Source: Parcubacteria group bacterium GW2011_GWC1_36_108
GTDB lineage: Bacteria > Patescibacteriota > Minisyncoccia > Moranbacterales > GWC2-37-73
Reading direction: 5' to 3'
Length of the DNA stretch: 64,000 bases
NCBI GenBank assembly: GCA_000991245.1
Contig: LBRD01000002.1
Span: 108,141 to 172,140 of the forward strand
The position numbers and the translations under genes were made by a program. Numbering within the stretch: the stretch's first letter is position 1; each line of letters starts with the position of its first letter. Positions 1 to 10,712 of this stretch are shown one piece after another. The notes under the pieces were generated by a model that saw only the letters and a list, made by a program, of their open reading frames with translations, ran no database searches and had not been told where the DNA came from.

Positions 1-944
1 AAAGTTGCGACCTCGCTCACTGCTAAAATGTTTTCAAGTGTTTGTGACGCTACTTGTCCGATTGAATCTCCCGTGATGAGTGCCAAGCACTTTTCTTTTT
101 TAGCAAGAACTTCTGCAATGCGAATCATCATTCGGCGGTAAAGAATTACGCGAAATCTTTCTGGGGTTTTCATCATAATTTCTTTTTGCACGTCAGCAAA
201 TGGAATTAGATATAATTTGGTGGAGCTGCCAAATTTTTTAAGTTCCTGAGAAAGCGCGATTACTTTTTCAATGGAAGCTTTGGATGTGTATGGTGCGCTG
301 TGAAAATGGGCATAGCGAAGTTGCACGCCTCGCCTAAGTATCTGAAAAGCAGCAACAGGTGAATCAAACCCACCGGAAAGCATCGCCATAGCCTTGTTCC
401 CAGTGCCAACAGGCATTCCGCCAATTCCAAAAATTTTTTCAAGTGATACTAGTGCAAATTCGTTGAGAATAAAAATTTTGCATTCGCAGTCGGGGTTTTT
501 CATACTGACCGATTTTGCTCCACTCAATTTGTCATAAATATATCCTCCAACTTCGCGGTTAATTTCTTCTGAAGTCATTGGGAAATTTTTGTTGGATCTT
601 TGTGTGGTCACGCGGAAAGTTTCGAATTTTTCTTTGCTCATCATCTCCCAACAAAAAGTTTTTAATGTTTCAATGTCTTGTGATACACTGGTGGCGAAAG
701 AAAAATTGGCAATACCCGGAGTATGCATCAAAGCATCATGAATCAGGACGTGATTTTCAATGCTATTTTCATTAAGTTTAATTAAAATCCCCCCAGACAT
801 TTTTTTGACATATTCAAAACTGCCCGGGCAAAATGCTTCAAGTTGGGTTTTTATATTTTCGATTAATTGCGCCTCAAAAAAGTTGCGGTTTCCACCCTTC
901 AGCGCTATTTCACCATAGTGGCACAGGATAAATTCATTTTTCAT
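1..944 (-). CDS. thiI: tRNA 4-thiouridine(8) synthase ThiI (partial, runs off window start)
   Basis: Not in ORF track. Manual translation from ATG 944 gives MKNEFILCHYGEIALKGGNR; later PGGFDSPVAA PP-loop and ITGDSIGQVASQTLENI, both typical of ThiI. Confidence 0.92.
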   Translation of the reverse strand, partial: MKNEFILCHYGEIALKGGNRNFFEAQLIENIKTQLEAFCPGSFEYVKKMSGGILIKLNENSIENHVLIHDALMHTPGIANFSFATSVSQDIETLKTFCWEMMSKEKFETFRVTTQRSNKNFPMTSEEINREVGGYIYDKLSGAKSVSMKNPDCECKIFILNEFALVSLEKIFGIGGMPVGTGNKAMAMLSGGFDSPVAAFQILRRGVQLRYAHFHSAPYTSKASIEKVIALSQELKKFGSSTKLYLIPFADVQKEIMMKTPERFRVILYRRMMIRIAEVLAKKEKCLALITGDSIGQVASQTLENILAVSEVAT

Positions 945-1119
945 ATGAAAATAGTTATAAAATTTGTAAAGTTTTAAGGTTCATAAAGTTAAAATGAACA
1001 TCAAATATTTATAACATACAATTTGGGCTGCGTAAAGCTTTTTTGTTGCCTAAATTGCGTATTTACTGTACGATTTACTTTATGAACTTTTAACTTTAAA
1101 ACTTTACGAACTTAAACTT

Positions 1120-2172
1120 ATGGCTTTACAAATAGGAATCGTGGGATTGCCAAATGTGGGAAAATCAACCCTATTTAAGGCTTTAACAAAAAATCCGGTA
1201 GAAATTAGTAATTATCCATTTTGCACTATTGAACCCAATGTTGGGGTGGTAAAGGTGCCAGATGAGCGCTTGGACAAACTGTCGATAATGTCAGAGACAG
1301 AAAAAATAGTGCCAGCAGTGGTGGAATTTGTTGATATTGCCGGAATTGTGAAGGGGGCGTCCGAAGGAGAGGGCTTGGGAAACAAGTTTTTGGCTAATAT
1401 TAGAGAAGTTGATGCAATTGCTCAAGTTGTGAGGGTTTTTGAGAATTCCAATATTACTCACGTGCATAATAAGGTTGATCCGCTAGAAGACATTGAAATC
1501 ATCAATACTGAGCTTATTTTGGCAGATCTTGAAACTGTGACCAAAAGAATGGAGAAATTGGCCAAAGATGCTCGTGGGAATGACAAAGATGCCCAATTTA
1601 AGCTTGGAATCGCGGAAAAAATCAAAAACACCTTAGAAAAAGGTCTTTTGGCTAATATGGCAGAGATTGATTTTGAAGATCAAAACACTAAAATTGCAGT
1701 CCGCGAGTTGCAATTGCTTACAATGAAGCCATTTTTGTATGTTTATAATGTTTCTGATGTTAATGAGAAGCTGCCTGATATTTTGGAAAACAGGAGGCAC
1801 GTTAAATTGGACATTAAAATCGAAGAGGAGCTGATTGAAATGAGCGAAGAAGAAAAGGCTGAAATGAAGCTTACTTCACATATTAATGATTTGATTGTGG
1901 AGGCTTACGATTTGTTGGGATTGCAAACATTTATTACAACTGGAAAAATTGAAACTCGAGCTTGGACAATCAAAAAAGGTGCCACGGCGCCCGAGGCTGG
2001 AGCTGCCATTCACACTGATTTTCAAGAAAAATTTATTCGCGCTGATGTTATTATGTGGGACAAATTACTCGAAATCGGTTCTTGGGGCAAAGCCAAGGAG
2101 CTTGGTGCTGTTAAAACTGTTGGCAGGGACTATGTGATGACAGATGGGGAGGTGGTGGAGTTTAAAGTTTAA
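1120..2172 (+). CDS. ychF: Redox-regulated ATPase YchF (Obg family)
   Basis: [43 protein letters not shown]-terminal TGS domain. Confidence 0.97.
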   Translation: MALQIGIVGLPNVGKSTLFKALTKNPVEISNYPFCTIEPNVGVVKVPDERLDKLSIMSETEKIVPAVVEFVDIAGIVKGASEGEGLGNKFLANIREVDAIAQVVRVFENSNITHVHNKVDPLEDIEIINTELILADLETVTKRMEKLAKDARGNDKDAQFKLGIAEKIKNTLEKGLLANMAEIDFEDQNTKIAVRELQLLTMKPFLYVYNVSDVNEKLPDILENRRHVKLDIKIEEELIEMSEEEKAEMKLTSHINDLIVEAYDLLGLQTFITTGKIETRAWTIKKGATAPEAGAAIHTDFQEKFIRADVIMWDKLLEIGSWGKAKELGAVKTVGRDYVMTDGEVVEFKV

Positions 2173-2226
2173 GGGGTAGGAATTAGGAGTTAGGAATTAG
2201 GTTGTAGGAAATACAAATGCAAATTT

Positions 2227-2256
2227 AAAAACCGCCGGCTTGCGCCGGCGGTTTTT
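2227..2256 (+). terminator. Rho-independent terminator after ychF
   Basis: AAAAACCGCCGGC-TTGC-GCCGGCGGTTTTT hairpin with U tract. Confidence 0.85.
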
Positions 2257-2353
2257 AACGTGATTTTTTGTTGTGTGTTGTATGTTTTATGTTATATGAT
2301 TTTGTGATATAATTATGACAAGAATGAAGTTGTTAAATATATTATAAAACATA

Positions 2354-3334
2354 ATGATCAATTTTAAACAAAGAGTTTACGATGAGTTGAATTTGAAGAA
2401 ACAGGCTGATGAACTTGGGGTTAAGGTTTGGCAATCACCTAGTTTTTTGTTTATTGTGATGGGTATTATAATTATTGGAGCAATGACAGCTGTTTATGTT
2501 GTATCTATAAATTATGATTCTCCCGAGATCGTGGTAATCAGTGAAGCCCTGGTTGTTATTTTGCTTTTTACAATCGGAAGTTTTATTATTAGAACTGTGG
2601 AGGAAGTTGCCAAGGCAAACAAAATGAAAACAGAATTTGTTTCGATTGCTTCACATCAACTTAAAACTCCGATTTCGGAAATGAAATGGCAAATAGAGTT
2701 GTTGTTGATAAAATTCTCCACAGGACTCAGTGTTAAACAAACTGAAATAATAAATGAGATTGCACATTCAAGCGAGAAAATGGGAAGGCTTGTTAATGAC
2801 CTGTTGGATGTGGCTAGAATTGATCAAGGGCAATTGGCACTTGCCAAGGAGGAAATTAATTTTTGCGATTTGGTTAATGATACTGTTCAATCGCAAAAGA
2901 TTTTTGCTAAGGCTAGAAGTATTGACTTGGTAACCTCTTGCAATGTGGACAAGCTGATGGTGCTTGTTGATAAGAGACGTCTTTCAGTGGTGCTTGATAA
3001 TCTTATTTCTAATGCGATCAAATATATCGATGGCAACGGAAAAGTCGAGGTTGTTGTTGAAAATGATGATGGCTTTGCTCAAGTTTGTGTTAGAGATGAT
3101 GGTGTTGGTATTCCAAAAAATGAACAAGATAATATTGCTAAGAAATTTTTTCGCAGCAACAATTCAATTAAAAACAGAACCGATGGAACTGGGCTTGGAT
3201 TGTATATAGCTAAAAACATTGTGGAGCAATCAGGCGGCAAGTTGTGGTTTAAATCAATTGAGAATGTGGGCAGTGAATTTTATTTTTCAATTCCACTGGT
3301 TGATAATGAAAAAAAGAATTTAAATTTTAAATAA
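2354..3334 (+). CDS. Two-TM sensor histidine kinase (HisKA + HATPase_c)
   Basis: Two hydrophobic helices, H-box ASHQLKTP, N-box NLISNAIKY, G-boxes DDGVGI and GTGLGL. Confidence 0.95.
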   Translation: MINFKQRVYDELNLKKQADELGVKVWQSPSFLFIVMGIIIIGAMTAVYVVSINYDSPEIVVISEALVVILLFTIGSFIIRTVEEVAKANKMKTEFVSIASHQLKTPISEMKWQIELLLIKFSTGLSVKQTEIINEIAHSSEKMGRLVNDLLDVARIDQGQLALAKEEINFCDLVNDTVQSQKIFAKARSIDLVTSCNVDKLMVLVDKRRLSVVLDNLISNAIKYIDGNGKVEVVVENDDGFAQVCVRDDGVGIPKNEQDNIAKKFFRSNNSIKNRTDGTGLGLYIAKNIVEQSGGKLWFKSIENVGSEFYFSIPLVDNEKKNLNFK

Positions 3335-3390
3335 AAATAATGTTCTTGATCGGTTCGAAAATATTTTCGTGTCGGTTGTGAGAAAAGTTT

Positions 3391-3762
3391 ATGGCAAAGT
3401 TATTGATTATTGAAGATGATCTTGTTCTGCAAAAAGCTCTTAGTGAATATCTCACTTCCGAAGGTTTTGAGGTTGAATGTGCCGAAGATGGAGAAACTGG
3501 TGTAAAATTAGCCTTAACTGGAAAGCCAGATTTAATCTTGTTGGACATTGTTTTGCCAAAAAAAGATGGATATGCAGTTCTCACAGAAGTGCGAGCAGAT
3601 GAAAATTCCAAAAATATTCCTATAGTCCTACTGACAAATCTTGGAAGTATTTCTGATGTTGAAAAGGCATTGGAGTTGGGAGCAACGACTTATCTCGTGA
3701 AAGCTGATTATAAGTTGGAGGAAGTTACTGCTAAAGTTAAAGAACTTTTACACATCAAATAA
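3391..3762 (+). CDS. Single-domain response regulator (receiver only)
   Basis: IIEDD, LLDIVLP phosphoacceptor, YLVK; 123 aa with no output domain. Confidence 0.93.
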   Translation: MAKLLIIEDDLVLQKALSEYLTSEGFEVECAEDGETGVKLALTGKPDLILLDIVLPKKDGYAVLTEVRADENSKNIPIVLLTNLGSISDVEKALELGATTYLVKADYKLEEVTAKVKELLHIK

Positions 3763-3871
3763 ATTTCTACGAATTACAAATTACTACAAATTTACAAATA
3801 TACAAAAATACAAAAAGAAATAACCCCAGTTGGATGGTCGCTAATGCGAATTTAACGGGGTAAAAATAAAA

Positions 3872-5620
3872 ATGCGAATTGAAAACAAACAGCTGAAAGA
3901 TTTTCTTTTAGATTCCAACTTATTAGAACCTGGAATTATAGAGGAAAATTTTAAAATCTCCTCGGAAACCAACCAAAAATTGGGGGATTTGTTGGTGGAA
4001 AAAAAGTTAATGAATGAAATTGAACTTCAGAAACTTTATTCTTATATCTTGGGCATTCCATTTGTTAATTTGGAAAAGGAGACTATCACAGCTGATATTT
4101 TGCAAATTATTCCTGAGCCTATTGCAAAAAAATATGGGATTATTGCTTTTGAAAAAAATGGTAATGACTTGAAGGTTGCAATGAAAAATCCTGAGGACTT
4201 GCAAACCATTGATTTTATTAGAAAAAAAACAGGGTTGAAAATTATTCCTTGTCTTACAAATGAAGAAAGTATTAAAGCAATTCTCAAGCAATATGAGAAA
4301 AGCTTGAAAGCTGAGTTTGGTGATATTATCAATAAAAATGCCGATGATGTCGCTGTTGGAAATGACGCGGAAAATTTGGAAAAAATCGCACAAGACTTGC
4401 CGATAATCAAAATTGTGGACACCTTGCTTAAACATGCTATTTTGCAATCCGCCAGTGATATTCATATTGAACCGGGGGAAAAAGAAGTTCGTGTTAGATA
4501 TCGTATTGACGGTGTTCTCCACGATGCAATGACACTTCCAAGACAAGTTTTGGAAGGTCTTGTTGCGCGTATTAAGGTTTTGTCTAATCTTAAATTGGAT
4601 GAACATCGTTTGCCGCAAGACGGACGTTTCAAGATTGAAAAAGAAGGATACAAAATTTCTTTTCGTGTAAGTATGTTACCAGTTTTTGAAGGGGAAAAAA
4701 TCGTAATGCGTTTGCTGGATGAAACATCCAAGGGACTCACTCTTGAAAAAATGGGGCTTACTGGTAATGCCTTGGAAGTCGTGCATAAGCACATCAAACG
4801 TCCCAATGGAATGGTGTTGGTAACGGGGCCAACCGGGTCTGGAAAAACCACGACACTGTATACGATTATGGATATTTTAAATACTACGGAGGTTAACATT
4901 AGTACGGTTGAAGATCCAGTGGAATATCGTATGACAAGAGTTAATCAAACTCAAACCAACGCTAAAATCGGAATGACATTTGCAGCGGCACTCCGCAGTC
5001 TCTTGCGTCAAGATCCGGACATTATAATGGTGGGAGAAATTCGCGATGGCGAAACGATGCAAATTGCAGTGGAAGCGGCGATGACAGGACATCTTGTGCT
5101 TTCAACATTGCATACTAACAGTGCCGCAGGAACGCTACCTCGTCTTTTGGATATGGGTGCGGAAGCTTTTCTGGTCGCTTCAACGGTAAATGTTGTTATC
5201 GGTCAAAGGCTTGTGCGAAAATTATGCAATGAATGCAAGACCGCTTATACGCTCGATGAAAAGGAAGTGAAAACACTTGGTGCTAATTTTGATATGGCCG
5301 CTATTTTGGAGATGCTTAAAAAAACTCCTGATTTGGGAGAGGTTGTTACGGCAAAAAGCACTTGGAAAAATTTGAATTTTTATCACGCCAAGGGTTGCGA
5401 ACAATGCAACAGTGAAGGATATCATGGACGTTTGGGAATTTATGAAGTATTGGAAATGGATGAGACAATTGGAAAATTGATAACCTCCAATGCTTCATCT
5501 GATGATATAGAAAAAAAAGCCAGAGAAAATGGAATGCGCACGATGGGAGAGGATGGTTTTATAAAAGCAATCCAAGGAATTACTTCACTTGAGGAAGTGA
5601 TGAGAGTAACGAAGGAGTAG
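3872..5620 (+). CDS. pilB: Type IV pilus assembly ATPase PilB (GspE/PulE family)
   Basis: ASDIHIEP, Walker A GPTGSGKTT, LRQDPDIIMVGEIRD, HLVLSTLH, CxxC...CxxC zinc motif. Confidence 0.93.
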   Translation: MRIENKQLKDFLLDSNLLEPGIIEENFKISSETNQKLGDLLVEKKLMNEIELQKLYSYILGIPFVNLEKETITADILQIIPEPIAKKYGIIAFEKNGNDLKVAMKNPEDLQTIDFIRKKTGLKIIPCLTNEESIKAILKQYEKSLKAEFGDIINKNADDVAVGNDAENLEKIAQDLPIIKIVDTLLKHAILQSASDIHIEPGEKEVRVRYRIDGVLHDAMTLPRQVLEGLVARIKVLSNLKLDEHRLPQDGRFKIEKEGYKISFRVSMLPVFEGEKIVMRLLDETSKGLTLEKMGLTGNALEVVHKHIKRPNGMVLVTGPTGSGKTTTLYTIMDILNTTEVNISTVEDPVEYRMTRVNQTQTNAKIGMTFAAALRSLLRQDPDIIMVGEIRDGETMQIAVEAAMTGHLVLSTLHTNSAAGTLPRLLDMGAEAFLVASTVNVVIGQRLVRKLCNECKTAYTLDEKEVKTLGANFDMAAILEMLKKTPDLGEVVTAKSTWKNLNFYHAKGCEQCNSEGYHGRLGIYEVLEMDETIGKLITSNASSDDIEKKARENGMRTMGEDGFIKAIQGITSLEEVMRVTKE

Positions 5621-5703
5621 GAACTAGGAATTAGCTTGTAGGAATTAGGCCTTGTTTATTATTTTACTAATTCCTAAATCCTAATTCCTAATATACTAAA
5701 CTT

Positions 5704-6927
5704 ATGCCTAAATATATTTATACAGCCAAAAGTTATAGCGGCGAAACCAAGGGTGGAGAAGCTGTGGCTCAAGATGAAAAAAATCTCGCGCAACAATTGC
5801 GCAGCGAGGGTTTTTTAGTTACCTCAATATCTCTCGTGAAAGAAGTTGATGCCAACAGCGTTAGTGTAAAATTTCTGGACAGATTTCAAAGTGTGCCGCT
5901 TAAGGAAAGAATGGTTTTTGCTAGAAATTTGAGTATTATGGTTGCTTCAGGGTTAACTGTTTCTCGCGCAGTGAACAATCTGGCTTTGCAAACACAAAAC
6001 AAAACATTCAGAAAAATTTTATTGGAAATATATGAAGAAATTCAAAGTGGAAAAGCATTAAGCGAAGGACTGGCTAAATTTCCTAATATTTTTGGCGAAC
6101 TGTTTGTTAATATGGTTAAGGTTGGAGAAACTGCTGGTAATCTGGATGAGGTTTTAAAAATAGTTGCCGTTCAGTTGGAAAAAGAACATGACTTGAAGAG
6201 CAAAGTTAAAGGTGCGATGATTTATCCTGCTGTAATTTTGGCAGTGATGGTTATTATTGGAATAATAATGTTGACATTTGTTTTGCCAAAATTGTTGAGC
6301 GTGTTTAAGGATATGGATGCCGAATTGCCTGTTATGACACAAATGATTGTTAATCTTAGCAATTTACTAAGAAATAACGGACTTTTGGTGGCTATTGTTT
6401 TTATTGCGGGTACTCTTTTTCTGCAATATTTTTTGAGACAACCATTGGGCAAAAAAACCTTAAGCTGGGTTTCTATTAAATTTCCAATTTTTAGTCCACT
6501 TGTTAAGCAAGTAAACTGCGCACGTTTTGCTAGGATTTATAGTTCGCTTTTGAAAAGTGGAGTTGGCAGTGTGGAGGCGCTTAAAATAATTTCACATACA
6601 CTTACTAATTATTATTATCAAAATGCACTGCTGGGAAGTATTGAGGATATTCAAAAAGGTGTTGCGCTTAGTAAGGTGCTTTCCGATAATCAAGATATTT
6701 TTCCAATTTTAGTGTCCCAAATTGTGCAGGTTGGAGAAGAAACTGGAAAAACAGAAACCGTGCTTTTGCAATTGGCAGAATTTTATGAAGACGAAGTTGA
6801 TCAGATTACTAAAAACTTATCAGCGGTTATTGAACCACTTTTGATGGTTATTATTGGTAGCGCTGTTGGTTTTTTTGCAGTAGCAATGTTGCAACCGATG
6901 TATAGTATGATGGACAGTGTTAAGTAA
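5704..6927 (+). CDS. pilC: Type IV pilus platform protein PilC (GspF family)
   Basis: Two GspF repeats (GETAGNLD; GEETGKTE), AMIYP and IEPLL motifs, three TM segments. Confidence 0.93.
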   Translation: MPKYIYTAKSYSGETKGGEAVAQDEKNLAQQLRSEGFLVTSISLVKEVDANSVSVKFLDRFQSVPLKERMVFARNLSIMVASGLTVSRAVNNLALQTQNKTFRKILLEIYEEIQSGKALSEGLAKFPNIFGELFVNMVKVGETAGNLDEVLKIVAVQLEKEHDLKSKVKGAMIYPAVILAVMVIIGIIMLTFVLPKLLSVFKDMDAELPVMTQMIVNLSNLLRNNGLLVAIVFIAGTLFLQYFLRQPLGKKTLSWVSIKFPIFSPLVKQVNCARFARIYSSLLKSGVGSVEALKIISHTLTNYYYQNALLGSIEDIQKGVALSKVLSDNQDIFPILVSQIVQVGEETGKTETVLLQLAEFYEDEVDQITKNLSAVIEPLLMVIIGSAVGFFAVAMLQPMYSMMDSVK

Positions 6928-8344
6928 GTTAAAAGTTCATAAAGTTTATAAGATTTATAAAGTAGCGAGGTTCATAATTTTTGTGAAAAAAATAAAAAAC
7001 AGAAAAATAAAAAAAGTGAAAAAGGGCTTCTCATTGGTGGAAGTTTTAATCGTGATGTTTATTGCTGCGGTTGCTTTTACGTCTTTTTACACTGTGGCTA
7101 CCTTTGGTACGAAATATATTATTGAGTCAAAAAATAGATTAGCTGCTGTCGCATTTTTAAATGAAAGAATGGAGATTGTTAGAAATCTTGAATATAACGA
7201 TGTTGGGATAGAAGGAAGTATCGATGTTGATGGTATTCTTCCACAGGAAACTGATGCGATTGCAAATGGACGCTCATATCATATTTCTAATTCAGTTGCA
7301 TATATTGATGATCCCTTGGATGGTGTATGGCCAGCAGATACAATTCAAAATGATTATAAAATTGTCAGAGTAGTCGTTTCTTGGAATGATAGCAATGGGC
7401 AATTGCAAAGCGTGTCTTCATCGTCACGTTTTGTGCCACCTGGACTTGAAACTAGTGTGGGCGGTTCTCCTCTTTCAATCAATGTTATTGATGGCACAAC
7501 GTTGCTTCCTATTTCGCAAGCAACTGTTCATATAACAAATAATACGATGTCTCCTCCAATTGATGATACGATACAAACTGATACTAATGGGCACATTATG
7601 CTTCCTGTTGCAAAAATATCCAATGATACCCATCTGTCAATCACAAAAACTGGTTATGAAACAATTGAGACTATGGATTCTTCGCCAACATTCATTCCTA
7701 TCTATGGGCATATTAATGTTATTGAGGGTTTTCTTAATACTTATAATTATTTGCAAAACAAATTGGGAGATCTTATTGTAAAAACTGCGGATTATCAGGG
7801 TAATCCAGTGGGAGATCTCGGGTTTACTATAGGTGGAGGAAAGGTTATCGGGCACGATGAAGTTGGGGTTGAAATTTTTAGTATGGCAAACGAAGTAGGT
7901 ACAACAAATGCGACTACTGGAGAAAAAGAATATTCCGATATAAGTTCGGGAAATTATTCCATCTTAATGAGCCCCGATGATCAGTATGAGTTTATAGATT
8001 ATGACCCATCTGTTTCTCCAGCCTTTCTTGTTCCTGACAGTGTTACAACGCATACACTTCGTGTGGCTGATAAAAGTGTTAGCGCGTTATTCTTAACAGT
8101 TGTTGATATAGAAGATATGGCACCAATAGCAAATGCTAAAGTGACATTAACTGATGGAGCAGCGGATATTTTTACTGAAAAACTAAGCTCATTAAGAGGC
8201 GTTGTTTTTTATCCTGATGATGCGGCAACTTTGGAAAATAAGGAATATACATTAAAAGTTGAAGCTGAGGGATACACTCAAGACACTAAAACAATAAATA
8301 TTTCCAATTTGACTCATATTGGAGTGAGTTTAACAAAATTATAG
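6917..8344 (+). CDS. Large prepilin-like protein with carboxypeptidase-regulatory-like beta domains (true start possibly GTG 6983)
   Basis: Class III signal KKGFSLVEVLIV followed by hydrophobic helix; located in the pil operon. Confidence 0.85.
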   Translation: MLSKLKVHKVYKIYKVARFIIFVKKIKNRKIKKVKKGFSLVEVLIVMFIAAVAFTSFYTVATFGTKYIIESKNRLAAVAFLNERMEIVRNLEYNDVGIEGSIDVDGILPQETDAIANGRSYHISNSVAYIDDPLDGVWPADTIQNDYKIVRVVVSWNDSNGQLQSVSSSSRFVPPGLETSVGGSPLSINVIDGTTLLPISQATVHITNNTMSPPIDDTIQTDTNGHIMLPVAKISNDTHLSITKTGYETIETMDSSPTFIPIYGHINVIEGFLNTYNYLQNKLGDLIVKTADYQGNPVGDLGFTIGGGKVIGHDEVGVEIFSMANEVGTTNATTGEKEYSDISSGNYSILMSPDDQYEFIDYDPSVSPAFLVPDSVTTHTLRVADKSVSALFLTVVDIEDMAPIANAKVTLTDGAADIFTEKLSSLRGVVFYPDDAATLENKEYTLKVEAEGYTQDTKTINISNLTHIGVSLTKL

Positions 8345-8345
8345 G

Positions 8346-8984
8346 ATGCAAAAAAGAAAAAAAAATTTGAAAAGCGGGTTTACTTTGATAGAAACGCTTA
8401 TCGCAATTGCTCTTTTCTTGCTTGGCACACAAGCAACAGTGCTTGTTTTTGCCAAAACAATGAAGAGTAAGGCGTACACCTTGGAAATGGGTAGATCATC
8501 TTTCGTTGTTTCGCGTTCTATGGGAGATCTGACTCAATATCTCAGGCGAGCTAGACAATCAGACGCGGGATCGTATCCTATTATTTCAGCTGATGATAAT
8601 GACTTGGTGGTGTATTCTGATTATGATAAGGATGGTGATACTGAAAGATTGCATATTTATTTGACGGATAATAAAGTTTATATGGGAGTTAGAAATCCAT
8701 CCGATAGTTTTCCTGTAACCTATGCATCAGGTGATTCAGAAACTTTTCAATTGGCTGACCATATTATTAACTCAACTGATGATGCAATGTTTTCATATTA
8801 TGACAGTGCATATACTGGCGAATCTGATGATCCGCCGGTTGACACTCCAGCAGATGTTTCGGAAATTCGTTTGGTAAAAATATTTTTAAAAATTAATATC
8901 GATCCAAACAGAGCGCCAGACAATATTCAACAGGAAACTTTTGTCGAACTTAGAAATTTAAATGATTATGATAGAATCCATTAA
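8346..8984 (+). CDS. Minor prepilin (PilW-like)
   Basis: KSGFTLIETLIAIAL prepilin cleavage/methylation motif. Confidence 0.88.
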   Translation: MQKRKKNLKSGFTLIETLIAIALFLLGTQATVLVFAKTMKSKAYTLEMGRSSFVVSRSMGDLTQYLRRARQSDAGSYPIISADDNDLVVYSDYDKDGDTERLHIYLTDNKVYMGVRNPSDSFPVTYASGDSETFQLADHIINSTDDAMFSYYDSAYTGESDDPPVDTPADVSEIRLVKIFLKINIDPNRAPDNIQQETFVELRNLNDYDRIH

Positions 8985-10506
8985 AATTAAAAATAAAAAA
9001 ACTCAATTAAATAATTTGCCTACGGCAGAATTTAACGGGGTAAATACAAAAAGGGGAAGTGCTTTGGCTATGGCCTTGGTAATGATTGTTATTGTTGCAA
9101 TCACTCTAACTTCACTTCTTGGATATATTTCATCTCAAATAAGATATAGTAAGGACAGGGTTGAGCGCGAGCGAGCCTTTCAGGTCGCTGAAGCTGGAGC
9201 TTATTATTATAGGTGGTATTTGGCACATCAAGTTTCAGGAAAAACTGCGGCTCAAATTGAGGATTTTTGGCAAACTGGAAATCCTATTGGAGTTACTGAT
9301 CCATATTCTGGAACTTTTAATGATTCAGAAAATATGCCTGTTGGGGAATATGAATTAAATGTTGATCCTCCTGGAGATGGTTCAACAATTGTGACTGTCA
9401 CATCCACAGGCTGGACCAATAATAAGCCGAATATTAAACGCACTGTACAAGTGAGATTTCGCAGGCCTTCTTGGAGTGAATATACTTTTTTGTCCAACAG
9501 TTTTTTGAATTTCGGAGATCAATCAACGGTGTATGGAAAAATTCATTCTAACGATGGAATTCGTTTTGACGGACTAGCTTATAACGTTGTTAGTTCTGCC
9601 AAGGCAAGATTTAATGACCCGTCTATTGGTGGGAGTTCTCTGGATTTCGGAGTTCATACAACGGTAACTCCTGCAGATGATCTTGCTCCCGCATATCCAT
9701 GGCCGCCAGGAACAGTTCCGGTTCGTAGTGATATTTTTATGGGAGGTAGAGAATTTCCAGTTCCTGAAGTTAGTTTTTCTGGTGTGGCTACTGATCTCGA
9801 TAATATGAAAGCTCAGGCGCAAGCAGGCAGTGGTCAGTATTTTGCTGCTATAGCAACAAGTAATGGTAAGCCAGGGGGACGGAGAGTTATTCTTAAAAAT
9901 GATGGCACCTATGATATTTGTGCAATAAGTAAAGCAAATGAAACAACGCATAGCATTTCAAAATATTGGAAAAATGATTTGAGCGGAACTTGCGATACTT
10001 GTAGCGGAGCTTGTGCGACGAATTATCCAATTATTAATAATGGAGTAATATTTGTGGAAGATAATATTTGGGTTGAGGGATCCATAAACAATAAAAGATT
10101 AACGATTGCTGCTGCCAATTTGTCCGGAGGGTCAAATCAGGCAGATATTTATATTGGAATAGGCAATGATAACTTGCGACTTGCTGCATATGATTGTGCT
10201 AATATGCTTGGATTGGTAGCGCAAAGGGATATAAGAGTCCTTAACTCTTGTCCAGAAGATTTTATTGTTGACGCTGCTTTGCTTGCTCAAACAGGCTTAG
10301 TAGGTATAGTTGGTGGTACATCTGGAACAAAAAATTCGTTAACATTTAATGGTGCGATATCATCATATTTACAAACATTCTTTTTTAATGGAACCAGTGG
10401 CTTTGATGACAGAACTTATAACTTCAATAATAAGCTCTTGGATTGTCCACCGCCATATTTTCCAACTGGCACAGAATATGCAATAGATCTTTGGGATGAG
10501 CTGTAA
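8962..10506 (+). CDS. PilX-like minor pilin
   Basis: KRGSALAMALVM (lacks Glu5, as in PilX/GspK) and AFQVAEAG motif of the PilX N-terminal domain. Confidence 0.8.
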   Translation: MIMIESIKIKNKKTQLNNLPTAEFNGVNTKRGSALAMALVMIVIVAITLTSLLGYISSQIRYSKDRVERERAFQVAEAGAYYYRWYLAHQVSGKTAAQIEDFWQTGNPIGVTDPYSGTFNDSENMPVGEYELNVDPPGDGSTIVTVTSTGWTNNKPNIKRTVQVRFRRPSWSEYTFLSNSFLNFGDQSTVYGKIHSNDGIRFDGLAYNVVSSAKARFNDPSIGGSSLDFGVHTTVTPADDLAPAYPWPPGTVPVRSDIFMGGREFPVPEVSFSGVATDLDNMKAQAQAGSGQYFAAIATSNGKPGGRRVILKNDGTYDICAISKANETTHSISKYWKNDLSGTCDTCSGACATNYPIINNGVIFVEDNIWVEGSINNKRLTIAAANLSGGSNQADIYIGIGNDNLRLAAYDCANMLGLVAQRDIRVLNSCPEDFIVDAALLAQTGLVGIVGGTSGTKNSLTFNGAISSYLQTFFFNGTSGFDDRTYNFNNKLLDCPPPYFPTGTEYAIDLWDEL

Positions 10507-10712
10507 TTATAAATCATATAACATATAGCATATAACACAAAATGCAAGACGCAAATTAGAATTTGTTAATCCAATGAATTATGAATTATTGATAAAATAG
10601 TGTAGAATTAAAAAATACAAAATAAATAAACAAATATAAAAATAGTAAATAAGAATTTTGTAGCGGAAGTAGTTTGTGTTGTATGCTACATGATTCATGC
10701 TATATGAACCGA